This document shows positions 26,159 to 40,360 of a DNA stretch of 64,000 nt, one piece after another. The first letter of the stretch is position 1; each line of letters opens with the position of its first letter. The notes under the pieces were generated by a model that ran no database searches, was not told the origin of the DNA, and saw only the letters and a list, made by a program, of their open reading frames with translations. Location: assembly GCA_015680685.1 (NCBI GenBank), contig MNCI01002989.1, positions 455,484-519,483 on the forward strand, written 5' to 3'. The position numbers and the translations under genes are program-made. Source of the stretch: Gnetum montanum (Eukaryota > Plantae > Gnetophyta).

Positions 26159-27637
26159 TTTTTCTTATCAAAATATTGATATGCTTTATTTTTATTTTAG
26201 TCTTTTCATTAATGATAGAAAATAATAATAAATATATTTAAAGAAAAAATTAAATTTTGGACTTTAGCCCTTATTGTTAACATCAAGGTTAGGTAGCTCC
26301 TATGCCCAACTATGCTCCATGGGCCATGTAGCCCTATGTAGTAGCCTCATGATGTTTCCATATTATCTGCTACTACTTAAACAACTTTTGCCAAGCCTTG
26401 ATTCTGCTCTGCGATTCTACTCACCACTAGACTAACTCTCTTCTACTACCTCATTTCTATTGCATCTCTTGATCCCATAGTAGTCACATCATTGTAACAA
26501 ATCCTTGTTTATGGGTCATATATCCCTTCGATAGTCCTTGATCCATCACTTTCTTTTCCTTGCCCTTTGCTTGGACTACTAGTAATATCGTCCAAGCTAT
26601 GATACATCATTCTTCATAGGGGTTACTTGCCATAGGTATGACCAAGTTGTAGGATACTTATCATAACCAAGCATCAATAAGAAAAATACTTGTGACCACT
26701 ATAGTCATGACCCTCCATTGCAACTATGCTTATTGCATAACCCATGTGGCCTACCATCTTGTGTTGCCTTCTCACCACCATTACACACACTATTTCATCC
26801 TTCCTTCACTACACATGTCATCATCTCAAGTATCATATGTCATCATTTCTCTACCACTATCCATGTACCACTGATATTTGTTCCACACTCTTCATATACT
26901 ATTTTCTTTCATAGTCTTTGCCAGGAATTGCACCATGTTGTAGTACTAATTTTGTCCATGCTTGCTTGCACACACCATACCCTCAAAGACCTTTCTTCAT
27001 TTTTTAAATCATTTTTCCACTATTTTGGATGTCATTTTTGTAGTAGTCTATAGTTCCATCACAACCTTCTTTACCTCCACCATTACCAAAAATTTCAACA
27101 ATTCACAGTGACCATGAATATCATTGGCAGCATAAAATTTGGCCTCTCATTAACCTACTTGTATATTACTTACATCATAATAACCTACCTTCCATGAAGA
27201 GCTACAAATACCACTAGAATCATAAAATATTACTTTTCATAGAGCTCTGCAAACATCACTTACCTCTTAAAATCCTATCTTCCATGGAGCTCCAATGAAT
27301 ACTACTGATGTTGTAAAATCATACCTCCCATAGAGCTTTGATTGATATTGCTAAAACTATAAAATCTTACCTTCCATAGAGCTTCAATGTACACTATCAA
27401 TGCCATAAAATCTTATTTCCCATGAAACATTGATAAACATCATTGGCACTACGAGCCTACCTCCTTTGCAAGTTCAATAATGGAAAATCATTTCACCAAT
27501 TGACTAAAAAATTTAATTCTTTTGTCAATCAAGGAAAATTTCAAATACCTCAAAAATGGACAATAAAATTTAAATTTAAAAATGGGAAGAAAATTTTTTA
27601 AAAGAAAAGTTAACATGTTAGCATCAATTTAGATAAA

Positions 27638-27700
27638 AATTCCATAATTAAGTGCACTTATCCTCTAGTAGTATCAGTATTGGTGATCTCTTAAAAATTC
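27638..27700 (+). pseudogene. 5S rRNA-derived fragment
   Basis: Degenerate, positionally homologous copy. Confidence 0.7.
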
Positions 27701-27766
27701 TTGCATTTCATGCCTAAAGTTTTCTACATATCTCAAATTGCCATTAAAAAATATTAGTATTAAAAT

Positions 27767-27850
27767 GATGGAGCTGGGAATGAAACCCAAGACCTCCAAA
27801 TTATTAAGCTCTACATCTTATGCTTCATATAGCTAACCACCAAAACCAAG
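27767..27850 (-). pseudogene. tRNA-like module
   Basis: GGGAATGAAACCCAAGACCTCC on the plus strand. Confidence 0.55.
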
Positions 27851-29310
27851 ATTTTGGTTGTTTAAAAATTAATATACATTAATTATATTTAACAATTTTA
27901 ATTAATAAATAATAATAATATTTATAGAAAAAAGTCTGATCTATGACCCTAAAACTCATCATGTAGGCTTATGTAATAGACTTGTGCCATTTCCATGTCT
28001 TTTGCTACTACTTGCATTCCTTTTACTAAGGTTCGAACCTATTTGGTTGCTCTAGTCACTATTGTGTCACCTCTCTTTCATTTTGCAATTCCTTCTACAT
28101 CTTCCAATCCTACAACTATTATGCTCTTGCAAAAACTCCTTCTATGAGATCCATGTAACCCTTCCACGACACTCACTCACTTGCTGCCATCACATTCCTC
28201 TATGCCTCTCACCACTGGTTAGGCTGTCCTAGCCATGGCATGGTTGCTACACTATTGAGAGACATTGTTGTAAGATACTACTAGTAGACTGGCTTGCCAT
28301 GAGAATGGTAAGCCTTGTCATCCTCTACCATTATCCATAATGGCTAGCTAGTGATTATAGATATGTGGCAACAATAGTAATCCATTACTAAATCTACAAA
28401 GAAAGGAAGGACATATAGGTAAGCACACCCAAAATCAACATAATAGTAGGGAGTGGCACCTAGCAAGGATAGCATAGGATGATAGGACATGAAGAGTGCA
28501 GAATAGAGGATAGTGATGGACATTTAACAACAAATGAATGATGGTATGTGTTGCATGAAACAATGTTGCATGTTGTGTAGAAAGGGTGAAATAGCCCAAA
28601 ATGATAGTGTGAAGGCAACGCGAGGTAGAAAGCTATGCAAGAAGCATGGCTATGGAAAATGACTATGATTGTAGTGGTCATGAGGATTTCTCTTATTTCC
28701 TCTTGGCCACAAAGAGTGGCTTGCAACTATGAAGGATGGTGGAGGATGTTGAGGTAAATTATTCCTTATGATAGTACAGTATCCATGCAGTAGCCAAGCC
28801 AATCTTGCTAGTGATGGTTGACATAAAGAAATGTGAGGATGTCAACAAAGCAATGATCATGGAAGGGTTTCATAAATCACAAACATGAATTTTTTGCAAT
28901 GGTATGATAGTGGCATGATTAAGAAATGTAGTATGAATAATGCAATGGAGGAGAGATGGTGAAGCAGTGACTAGCATGGCATGAATGTATTGAGGCTCTA
29001 CAAAATTTATGTGGGTAATACTAGATGACATAGAAATAGCATAGGGCTACATGGGGCTATTGCATAGGGCTACATAGCTAGCGACAACAATAGAAACCTA
29101 TTTATCCTACCCTCTTGCACTTTAATATGCCATAGATTAATGGAGCTCCAATAGATACCATTGGCTTGCCTTTTTAGTAGGTTTAGCAATGTAAAAATTT
29201 TCTATCAATTGATGGAAAAATATAAATTAATGAATTTTTTTTTTTACAAAGCTCCATCAAACATAGGTAGAATAATTTAAAATTTATAATTTGACAACAA
29301 CTATGATAAA

Positions 29311-29373
29311 AATTTCATAATTAAGCATGCTCATCCTAGATTAGCACTAAGGCTATTTAATCTCTTAAGAACT
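29311..29373 (+). pseudogene. 5S rRNA-derived fragment
   Basis: TTAAGCATGCT box A retained, box C decayed. Confidence 0.65.
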
Positions 29374-30562
29374 TTCATTTTCTAGTCCCAAAGTTTTCAA
29401 ATTCGAAAGCTTCAAGTTTTGATTTTGGATATCTTTTTTTATAAACATAATGTTAAAAACTTAATTATAATTAAAAAACATATTAAAGATTTATTAATAT
29501 AGATTATTATTAAATTAAACATATTAAAGTTAAATATTAATGAATAATTTTCTCCTGTATAAAAAACATAATGTTAAAAACTTAATTATAATTAAAATTT
29601 TTCATGAATAAAAAATAATAATAAATATATTAAAGCAAAAAAATTAAATTGTTGGCTTTTGTACTAACACTTAGGATTAAGGCTAGCTAGCCACTATGTC
29701 AGGATGCACCATTGGTTGTCTAGCCATGTGTCATTTTTGTGTTACCTATGGCTACTTGCATGCCTTTATCCAAGCCTTGGCCTTGCCAGGCCACTCTAGT
29801 TGTTGTTGTGTCATCTCTCTTCTACCATTTCATTCCTTCTATACCACCTAAACCTACTGCTTACATGCTCTTGTAACAAACCTTTTTTTGTAGTTCATAT
29901 GATTTTTGCACAATCCTTGCTTCCCCATAACCCTCATGTTCCTCTATGCCTGCCAGTACTGGCAAGATTGGCATGGCTACGACATGGTCATTACACTACT
30001 ATGAAGCATCATTGTAGTCCATCATTGCCAAGGCTAGCTTACAATAAGCACAGAGGACATTGCCATCCTCAACAATGGTAGGCCACTAATTACTACTAAG
30101 TGGAAATAATAGAAATCCTTGAGGCAAATGTATTCATGAACCTTAGCTATAACCAAGCTTCTAACATGGCCAATGAGGCCTCACACATTGTGTTGCCTTT
30201 CTACTACTATTACATGCCATTTCATCCTTCCTTCAATACATGCACTATCATCCCATGCAACTCATGTCATCATTCCTCTATCACTCATGCACCATTTTCC
30301 TCTATTCCATGCTCTTTATGTCCTATCATTATACATAGTCATTGTTAGGTGTTGCACCCTATTACTTCACTAATTTCAACTACATCTACTTATGTGCCAT
30401 ACCCTGCAACACCATCCTCTACATTTTTTTGCAATTTTCACTTTTGTGAAGATCATTTTTATAGCCACTAGTGCCTCCATTACCATAATCTTAGCCTTTA
30501 CTATCATTGAAATCCTAGCTATAAATTTTGACAATCCATGATGACCATGGATAACATTAATA

Positions 30563-30789
30563 CCATAAAATCCTAACTTGCATGGAGCTTCATAGATATC
30601 GCTAGCACCATAAATTCCTACCTTCCATGAACCTTCATGGATACTACTAGTGTCATAATATCTTGCCTTCCATAGAGGTTTGCAGACACCATCAGTGTCA
30701 TAAATTCTTGCCTTCCATGGAGCTCTAATTGACACCACTGATGGCATAAGATCCTACCTAACATGGAGCTCTAATAAACACCACTAGTG
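30563..30789 (+). repeat. 45/46-bp tandem sub-repeat (representative 5-copy array; 1-7 copies per unit)
   Basis: Consensus CCATAAAATCCTACCTCCCATGGAGCTC(C/T)ATGGACACCACTAGTG; monomers here measure 45,45,45,46,46 bp. Other arrays at ~940, 2590, 4516, 6173, 27130, 32262, 43628, 45336, 47063, 55706, 57320, 58957, 60600, 62123, 63827. Confidence 0.9.
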
Positions 30790-30978
30790 CCATTAAGTGA
30801 CCTCCTTCATAGGTTTGGCAATAGGAAAATTTTTGACCAATTGAAAAAAAATTAAAATTTTTACCAATTAATGAAAATATCAATCACATTAAAAATAGGT
30901 AGTAACATTTTAAATTGAAAATGCAAAAAAAAAATTTCAAAATGGAAAATTTGGTTAATTGGTAGCAACTAGGATAAA

Positions 30979-31041
30979 AATTCCATATTTAAGCATTGTC
31001 ATCCTGGAGTAGTGCTAATATGAATGACCTCTTGAGAAGTC
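30979..31041 (+). pseudogene. 5S rRNA-derived fragment
   Basis: GAGTAGTGCTAATATGAATGACCTCTTGAGAAGTC. Confidence 0.75.
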
Positions 31042-31168
31042 TCATTTTTCATGTTCAAAGTTTTGTACTTTTGAAGCCGTAACTTTTGATTATAGATGCC
31101 ATTTTTAACTGAAAAAGGGCATTTTCTATGGATTTCTATCTCTCATAAAAGAAAAATAATGTTAAAAA

Positions 31169-31252
31169 TTTAGGACTAGGAATCAAACCCACAATCTTAT
31201 AATTATTAAGCTCACATCTTATGCTTCATATACCTTACAACTAAAGCCAAGC
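31169..31252 (-). pseudogene. tRNA-like module
   Basis: GGAATCAAACCC..GCTTCATATA. Confidence 0.55.
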
Positions 31253-32679
31253 ATTTTCTTGTTAAAAATTAATATGCTTTAATTATATTTAAAAATTTTC
31301 ATTCATAAAAATAATAATAATAAAAATAATTTAAATTTTAGACTTTGACCCTAACCCATTAGTTTAGGATAATAATTATCATTGGCTACACACTAGTAGT
31401 TGTGCAACCCTGTGCAATAGTCCATGTCATTTTTGTATGATTTGTCATTGTGTGTATGCCTTCTTCCAATCCATAGCCTCACCATGCCACCAAAGTCACA
31501 ATTGTGTTATCCTTCCTCTATCACATCATTCTTACTACATCACCAAAACCCACTACTTCTGCACCATTACAACAAATCCTTGTTTTCATCCAACAAGGCC
31601 CTTTCATGATCCTCTCTTGCTCATCATCCTCATGTTCATTTACACTTACGACTGCTAGTGGCATTGTCTTGGCTATCATAGCATTGCCATGAGACATTGT
31701 GGCAAGCCATCACTGGTAATGTTAGCTTGCTACAAACATGATTAGCCTCACCATATTCTACCATCTTCCATAGTGGATGATCATTACTTACGGCCAACTA
31801 ATAATAAAAGAAATACTCATGGCCACCATACTTGTGAACCTCCACCACAACTACAACTCCCATGAAGCTAATGTGACCTATTGTCTTATGCTACCTTGTC
31901 ATCATTGCTACATTATGTGTTACCCTTCCTTCAACACATATGCCAGAGCTCCATGTACCTCATGTTGTTATGCCTCTACTATTGTCCATGTGCAATTATC
32001 CTCTACATTCTTCATGTGTTATCATCCTTTTTCATCCTCACTAGATGTTATGCCCAACTATTGCATTGGTTTCAACCATGTGTACATGCATGCCCTACCC
32101 TGTACTTCCATCCTCTACATTTTATATCATTTTCTTCTCTATTGCAAATGTCATTTTCATCAATGTCTATGCCATCATCATCATCATCGTCTTTGCCTTC
32201 ATTATGATCAAAAACCTTGCCTCAAATTTTAGCAATCCATGATAACCATAATCATCATCAACATTAGCAAATTTGGATTACCATGGAGCTCCATGGAAAC
32301 CATTAATGTCATAAAATGATACCTCCCATGGAGATCCATTAACATTGCCAACATCATAAAATCTTGCCTCCCAAGGACTCCACATACACCATTGATACTA
32401 TAAAATCCTACCTCTCATGGAGCTACAATGGACATTACTTATGCCTTAAAAACCAACATTTCATAGAGATTTGATGGACATCACTGGCATTACCAAATTC
32501 CCACCTACACAAGTTTAACAACAAGAAAGTTTTCTATTAATTGATAGAAAAATATAAATTATTTTATCTATCAATGAAAATTTCAAACACATCAAAAATA
32601 GACAATAAAATTTAAACTTAGAAACATGGAGAAAATTTATAAAGATAAAATTTAATGCCTTCACAACAACTAGGATAAC

Positions 32680-32742
32680 AATTCCATAATTAAGCACATT
32701 CATCCTTTAGTAGTACTAGGATGGATGACCTCTTGGAAAGTA
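32680..32742 (+). pseudogene. 5S rRNA-derived fragment
   Basis: Exact AGTAGTACTAGGATGG followed by ATGACCTCTTGGAAAGT. Confidence 0.88.
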
Positions 32743-32868
32743 TAGTTTTCCATGCCCAAAGTTCTAGACCTTTAGACACATAAATTTTCATTTTTTATGT
32801 CTGTTATGGTAAAAGAAAATTCATTTTCTATAGATTTCAAACTCCCATAAAGAAACATAATGGTAAAA

Positions 32869-32952
32869 GTTTCATGTTGGGAATCAAATTGAAGATCTTC
32901 TAATTATTAACTTCAACATCATATGCTTCATATAGCTAACCATCAAAGAAAG
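32869..32952 (-). pseudogene. tRNA-like module
   Basis: Homologous copy. Confidence 0.55.
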
Positions 32953-33689
32953 ATTTTGCTTGTAAAATAATTAATACACTTTAATTATATTTTACTCTTT
33001 TCATTAATTAAAATAATAATAATGAATATATTTAATGCAAAAATTAAATTTTGAAAATTTTCCCTAACCTTGAGAACTAAGATTAGGTAGCCATTACGAC
33101 TGTACATGTGTCAATGGTTATGTAGGGTTGTGTAATAGCCCTATGTCATTTCCATATCATCTGCTACCACTCACATGTTTTATACCAAGCTTCATCCCTA
33201 CCATATCACTGTAGTCATTTCTACGCCACCTATCTTTAATTTTGTCATTAGTTAACCTTTCCACTACCATGTTGTTGCAATAAATCATTGTTTGCAACCC
33301 ATGGAGCCTTTTCACTACAATTGCTCCCTCACTGTTCTCATGTCCCTCTATGACTCACACTCTTTTGATGACTCTGGGATTATCCTACAATCCCAACCCC
33401 AAGAGGACAATCAAACAAGTCAAAGAATACATGCATTTACAAAAAGTTACATGATGTAATAAGCATATATAGATCATCATTAGTTATAGATGGTAGAACA
33501 TGCAAACTCAAGGTCATTCTAGATAGATTCATACAAAATTTGTAATATTTTTGAGCTATTAAAAAGAGGTAGAAGATCATGTAAGCTTTCTTGTTCTAGA
33601 TTACTATAGTCATTAATGTCAATTGTTTACCCAACTTATGAACAATAGGAAACAAATAATACAAACAAATGTGCCAACATGAGGTCAAA

Positions 33690-36420
33690 TATAGTTTGAG
33701 ATAAGAATGGTTGATTTCATTAACTAATTCATTTTCATCCATGTTCATCAACTTGAATGCTTTGTTGCCATAATCTTTGATGAGTAGGAAAGGTTTTTTC
33801 TAATTGAGTAAGAATTTATCTACATGCATGTAAACAAAATTGATGACAAGGTCTCCTTCCTTGAATTTTCACCTATTTAGATCATGATGATGCTATTTTT
33901 TTTTTTTGCCTTTGTGGATTTTGCTCAATGTTGGGGTGCATTTTTATTTATCATTTCTTCATCAAGTCAAAGTTAATGATGTGCAACTACTTATTCAACT
34001 CATCATTAATGAAGTCAAATAAATCTATACTTAAGGATGGAACTTGTAATTCAAGAGATAAAATAACTTTAAATCCATAAACTAGGCTTTACAAGGTGGC
34101 TATGGTTGTGGTTTAAAAGGTTTTCCTATAGGTCCATAGTGCATATAAGTGTTTTTCATGCCATTCTCATTTATATTTGCTTAACATATTCTTAAGTAGA
34201 TTCATGATGATCTTGTTTTTGGCTTCAACATGGCCATTGCCCTATGGATAGTAAGGTGATGAAAAAAAATGCTTATTTCTTAGTTGTTGACAAAAAGTTT
34301 GTATTTCTAGGGTATTAAATTCTGGTCCATTTTCTATAACAATTATTAAAGGTAGAACAAAATGGAATGTGATATTATCCAAGATAAATTTATATACTTG
34401 TTATATTGTTCTTTTCTCGTAATGATAGCTTTAGCCTACTTTGTAAAATACTTGATTGTGATGATGATGAAGAATTTGGGTATGATTAATACAACTATGT
34501 CAATTCCCCATCATTGAAATGGCAACGTGATCTAAGTGGTATGTAACTTAATTAACAACACATGTATTATGATTTTGTACAACTAATAAGTGTCACAAGT
34601 TATAACTTTTTGGAGATAGTCACTTTCCATATAGAGCCAACACTATCCTAAGCATTTAATCTTTATGACCATGGATCTAGGTCTTATATGTCATCCATAC
34701 ATGCCATTGTGTACTTACTCAATGATTATATGGGCTTCCTCCTTACTCATGCTTACTAATAATACACCATTATACAACCTTCAACATAATTTCTTATTTT
34801 CTATGATGATATATTATTAGTAATCCCTAGGTTATGCCATTCTTTTGATTAATCCTTCATATTATGCTACATTGTTAGTACCCAAAAATTGGAAATGACA
34901 GGTGAAAAGTTTAATCTCAATAAAGGGTAATGTTAAAATCATAGTAGCACTTTCTCCATGGGCAGTTCAAGCTCCATCAAAGTGCATGATGCCCTTATAT
35001 CGTTTGGGTACCTTGGTGATAATGTTGACATGCTCATTAGGGAATTTAGGATCTATGGCTGTATTATCCTCCGCTAGGGAAGTTATGATTTGTATGGGTA
35101 TAACATGACCTTTTGTTGAGGCTTGGAATATGTAATGTAGGATAAACTTAGCTATTATGGCCTTTCACCATGTATACGACTACTCTCATATATGTTGGTT
35201 GTTATGGATCTTAGTACATTAGCTTTTCATATGACATTAACTTGGCCCCTAAAGATGTAGTGTCTTAACTTCTTCAAAGAGAAGACTAGGGATAGATAGC
35301 ACTTTTCAACCATATTATATTGGGTGTTGTAAGCAACTGGTGCATGCCTCATGTAGTAGATAGGTAATTCTAAGTCTAAGCTATGAAGATTTCAGAGATT
35401 ACAAGGTCGATGTAGAATGGTTTATCTTTTTATGGAGGCTACATGTTAGGAAATTGGACCAACTTTATTTCATGTTATCAAAGGATATTTGGAATTTATT
35501 AGTCCACTTGTAGTGAGTTTCTTTCTTAAATAAGTGTTGCATAGATTTTATCTTATTAGTGAGCCTCATGATAAACCTACGAATAAACTGCAATCAAACT
35601 TATAAACCTATAAAGTTTGTTAAGGCTGCTAGATGGAAAGAGGTTTGATGTGGCCTTAACCTTATTAGGATCCACTCATACCCCTTCCTTGAATACTACA
35701 AAAGCAAGCATTTTAGCTATTTGGACACTGAAGACATACTTTTTAATATTAAGTCTAAGCTCATATTTGGAAGATTGTTTAAGTGCTGGGTTTAGGACAT
35801 GGGCATGGCTATCAACTATTTAAAACTTGATAACTATATCCTCAACATAATCATTTATTAATCCTAGCATGTATTTACTAAAAATGTAAGACATATCCCA
35901 TTGATAAGTTTCTCCTACATTTTTTAGAACAAATAGCATCATCATGTAATAAAAGGTTTTGCAAGGGGTACTGAAGGTTATGTACAATTGATGCACTAGG
36001 TTAATCCTAACTTGGTTTTCTCTTGAGAACCTATCCATGGCATGTCTAACTATAGTATCAATGAATTGAACAATACTAGTAAAAGAAAATTCATCTTTAA
36101 TAGTGACCTTGTTGAGGTCATAGAAATTGATATAGATATGGATACTTCCATTTTTCTTATAAGCTACTACTGTGTTAGATATTGATTTTGTATAATTGAT
36201 GGCTCAAATGAAATCAACTTGTTAATGCTTTTCATTTTATCATGAACTACAAGGGTCATATTTGGTCTAATCTTATGCATCTTTTGCATAATCAGTTTGA
36301 TAGTAGAATCTAGTATTATATTACGTTGCACTAAATATGGATCAAGCCCTAGCATATCCTTGTATGAACAAGCAAAGAATTTAATATTATCCTAAAGGAC
36401 CTTGGTGATATCTTGGGCAA
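33690..36420 (-). pseudogene. Tat/Ogre pol remnant RT-RH-aRH-INT
   Basis: Motifs as above, heavily interrupted. Confidence 0.88.
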
Positions 36421-38579
36421 TCTAGGGTTCTAGTGAGGAACTTAATTTTAATATTTTTCACCATTGTTTGTTGTAACAAAAATTTCAACTAGAGAGTCCT
36501 TAATAATGTCTCCAATCTTGAGTTTAATGGTTTTGACTATGTACTTAGGCCATTGGGGGAATTTCTCTAGTAATGATATGTGGTTGAATAAGCTCTCACC
36601 TTTAAGATCTAGAAATTCTAAGTTCATTGATCATTCAACATTATTGTAAGATCCATTCAGGTTCAAGGGTAGGTCTAACTATGTCTATGTATTCATGATT
36701 TAGTCTTGCATGTCAACAAAATTGCATTAACTAGCATCTATATTTCATAATTGTTAAAAAATGTTAAAGTAATGCTAAATATAGCAATAATAAAGCACAT
36801 CATTGTCAAATAGGGTTAGACATAAAGGAAGCTGACATTGATGGTTGGGAAGCAGTGGTAGAAGCCCTAGGTTGCATAGTTGTTAGCCCCTATGTGGTTC
36901 TGGCTTCTTTTGTCATAGTGGTCATAAGTACATGTGCTTGTTTGCCATTATCCCTATCTTGTTTGATATGTTAATTCTTATAAGTTATGTACATGGAATC
37001 GTTGATGCCTTTAGTTGCCTCTTCTATGTTCTTAACTTCGTAAAAGGATTAACTTAAGAACTAGAAATCTAAATAGTAGAGCTTAGACTTGATAAAATAA
37101 TTAATCACTACCTTGAAGATGGTCAAGACTTGTGTCTCAAAGATGGGCTTAAATATCTCATTAAGCATGATGTTTCATCTTTGTATGAATTTTTGGATAA
37201 GCTGAAGGGGCCCCTACCTCACTTTCATTACTTGATCAAGCATTATTTCATGTTTTAGGTTCTAAATTGAAATGATTAATGAATTGAATTATCAAGTCAT
37301 ATAAGAAAGAGCTAGATCCTTTGGGTAGCACTTGGTACCAGTCAAGAGATTTTCTAGTCAAGGACATACATATGACATGTAATGCAGTGTGGGAACAAGT
37401 CTACAGTAATAAGCATTTTGACCAAAAGATAATCAAGTGGATATTGGAATAACCTTCATAATTATATTTGGTGAAGTCATGGATTAGTATACCTAATGGA
37501 AGGGTTATTTGCAATATATTGGGACTAACTGGGTCATCTTGATAAAAGTCCATGACCTTTAACATTTTTGTGGTTTTAGCCTCAAGATTTTTAACCTTGT
37601 AAGTGAGGTTTTGAATTATTTGAAAGCTAGGTCTAGACTTTAAGGTACTTCTATAGGTTGTATAGGTTACACAACTAGTTGCACGAGTAGTCGAACACCT
37701 TGAGGCTAGATGATAGGATGTGGCACCATGTGAAAAGCCCTTGTTTCCATTACTACAAGGGTGTTAAGGAGGGAGAATGATGTCTACATAGGGATTTGTA
37801 TGATAAAGGAAACAAAGGGTATGTGAGAAGTTTGTTGGACTTGAAGTCCTAAAGAAGGGTCCATCAAGATGACAAATGGAGGAGGCACAGAAGGCACACT
37901 ATGTGTTGGCACCATGAAATGGCATAGAACGGCAAATGGAAGAGATGTGAACATGGAGAAAACTTGAAAAACTAGTTGTAAAATTTTTCCTAAGAAGGAA
38001 GTAGGTGTTACTTGCATATTATATAAGTGGTTAATCATAAATTTAGAGATGGATGTTTTCAAGTTTTTCTCCCCTTGAGCATCCTCTTCATAGAAACCCT
38101 CAAATTCCATCTGATCATCCCAATCATGATCTAGGCTAGACTCCTTACCTACCATGATATCCTCATCATCATCTACTAGCTTGGCTAGTATGTGAATGTA
38201 AGCTTTAGAGAGTTCTATTCTATTGTACAGGGAAGGAATATATTCCTTTCCAATCTTGAGAAAAATCTCAAATTCACACTTCAAGTCTAACTCCTTACAA
38301 AAAATGAGAAAGCCATCTTTGATCTTCATGAAGATGAAGTTATAATCCTCTCAAGTAAGGGTAGCATGTGCAGGATCATGTCCTAAATGCCTAAGTGACT
38401 ATCTACACTCCAATATAGTTAGGTCCTTAGTGTCATAAATGTGGATAGATTGCTAGTTAATGAAATAACGATGATATGGTAAGGTAGAATGGTAGAGAAA
38501 AAAGACATAAAATGTAGCAAACTAATTAATTAGTCAAGGTGGTAAAGACTTATATGGTTTTTAATGTTTTACACAAGCT

Positions 38580-38925
38580 ATAAACTTGCAATGTGTAAGA
38601 TCACAACATGTGAGGCTGCAGCATGTGAGGCTATAATGTGTAACACTTACAACATGTGGGACTTATAGTGTGTGGAAGGTTGTAGTGTGTGAGGATATAC
38701 CTTGTGGAGATATAGCATAGAAGGTTTATATCTTGTAACTCTATACCTTATGAAGCTATAGTGTATGGACGTTATAGCCTATGTAAAGGTGGTAGCTTAT
38801 GGAGCTTTGGTGTATGGTTAAAATGTAGCCTATAAAGCTATAGCTTGTGGAGCTATAATGTAAGGAATATGTGTAGCCCATGAAGTAATACCATGTGAAG
38901 CTATAGTGTATGGAATGAATAGGCA
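38580..38925. repeat. Degenerate ~15-bp tandem repeat (TGTGAAGCTATAGTG-like) in the Tat 5' leader
   Basis: Recurrent TGTGAGGCT/GAAGCTATAG motifs. Confidence 0.6.
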
Positions 38926-40211
38926 TGAAATACAATACAACTGTAAAAGTAAGTTTTTAAAAATTTTCTTTTAAGTTTTTCTTACATATGTGAATGAATG
39001 AAAATGAGTTGTAGCATATGAAAGGAAAAAGATAAAAAAACTACAAAGTGCAAACAGTGAAAATAGAGATAGTAGTGTACATTACAACTATAAAGGTAGT
39101 GTAGGGGTCTATGATAGCACTGTGCATTACACTGTAAACAATTAATAATATTAATCCTTTTGGTTGCAACATATAGGAAATAGGTGTAGCCCTAGACACA
39201 ACAACTACAAAGTTAATAGAAAAATTCAATTATAAGTAAATGGTCTATGTGACTATACATAGGGTTTTCTAGAAAATCCAAAACAACTTTTGTTTGATCT
39301 AAGGAGTCATCAACTAAGGCACAAAAAAGCATAAAATGTTTTGCAATAGGTTTTTCATAAAGAATCTAGGTAGAGGCCCTCATTTTAGTGCTAGAACTTT
39401 TAACAATGGAAATTTTTTGTGTTAGAAAACTGAAAGATCCCTTATAGAATAGTTTAACCTATAGATCCACAAGTCTCAAAAATGATCTGGAGTATCCTAA
39501 ATTTGTTATTGATTATTTTCAATGGGATGAAATACAATAAAAGCATATGAAATGAGAATGCAATGCATGATTTGAGAACAAATAAAATAAGAGAACAATA
39601 TAGCCAAACAAAAATAACTAAAAATCTTGTATTAAAATTGTTGCAATCAACAAATATAGAAATGAGGGTTTAGATAGGTATAGATCAAGGGCTTTAAAGC
39701 ATGAAAAATTAAAATATCTGTTGTATACTATTGCAAATTACAAGGTGTATTTTTGACAATATCTATAATGGGTTTCTAATTCTATATGCACTATAATAAA
39801 TTTCTAGTCCAATTCCTATGCTCAGAAATTAGCATTGCCAAGGTTGCAAAAAGGTTATAAAAATTTGTTACTATATTTTGTTATTTCATGTTAAGTGATG
39901 TACCAAGAGTTTGCTCAAAAGGTCCTTCAAGATGAGTAAAATATGGTATTTATAGGCTATGAATTTCTCATGTTGGCATCCGTTACAGTTTCGAAGCATT
40001 ATAAATTATTATTGGGCCAAAGTGCAACATGTGGATTTACAACCCAAGTGATACATGTTGCCTCACACACTACAATAACATGTAAAATTAAGATGTAAAA
40101 CATATGAATTTAAAACCCAAATTCCACAACCTGACCCACATGCTACCACAATGTGTGGAGTTGGAATGTGTGGTGTGTGAGATAAAAATATAAATTTTTT
40201 GTAGTGTGTCA

Positions 40212-40360
40212 AGCATTTTTAGATCCCACAAGCTAGTATAAATGGAATTTCATAATGTGTGGAGCATTTTTGAATTCTACAAGATAGGATGAATTGAATT
40301 TACAGCCTATAGAGTATTTTTAACCTTCACAACCTAGCATAAATGTAGTTTACAACATGT
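40212..40360. repeat. Three degenerate ~50-bp repeats
   Basis: AG(C/T)ATTTTT..ACAA..TAG at ~40212, 40263, 40312. Confidence 0.6.

Larger units (their letters stand above)
26096..33350 (+). repeat. Macrosatellite block 2, about 4 units, including an inverted segment at ~28390-29085
   Basis: 5S-like modules at ~27647, 29319, 30988, 32688 (periods ~1670-1700). Confidence 0.93.
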
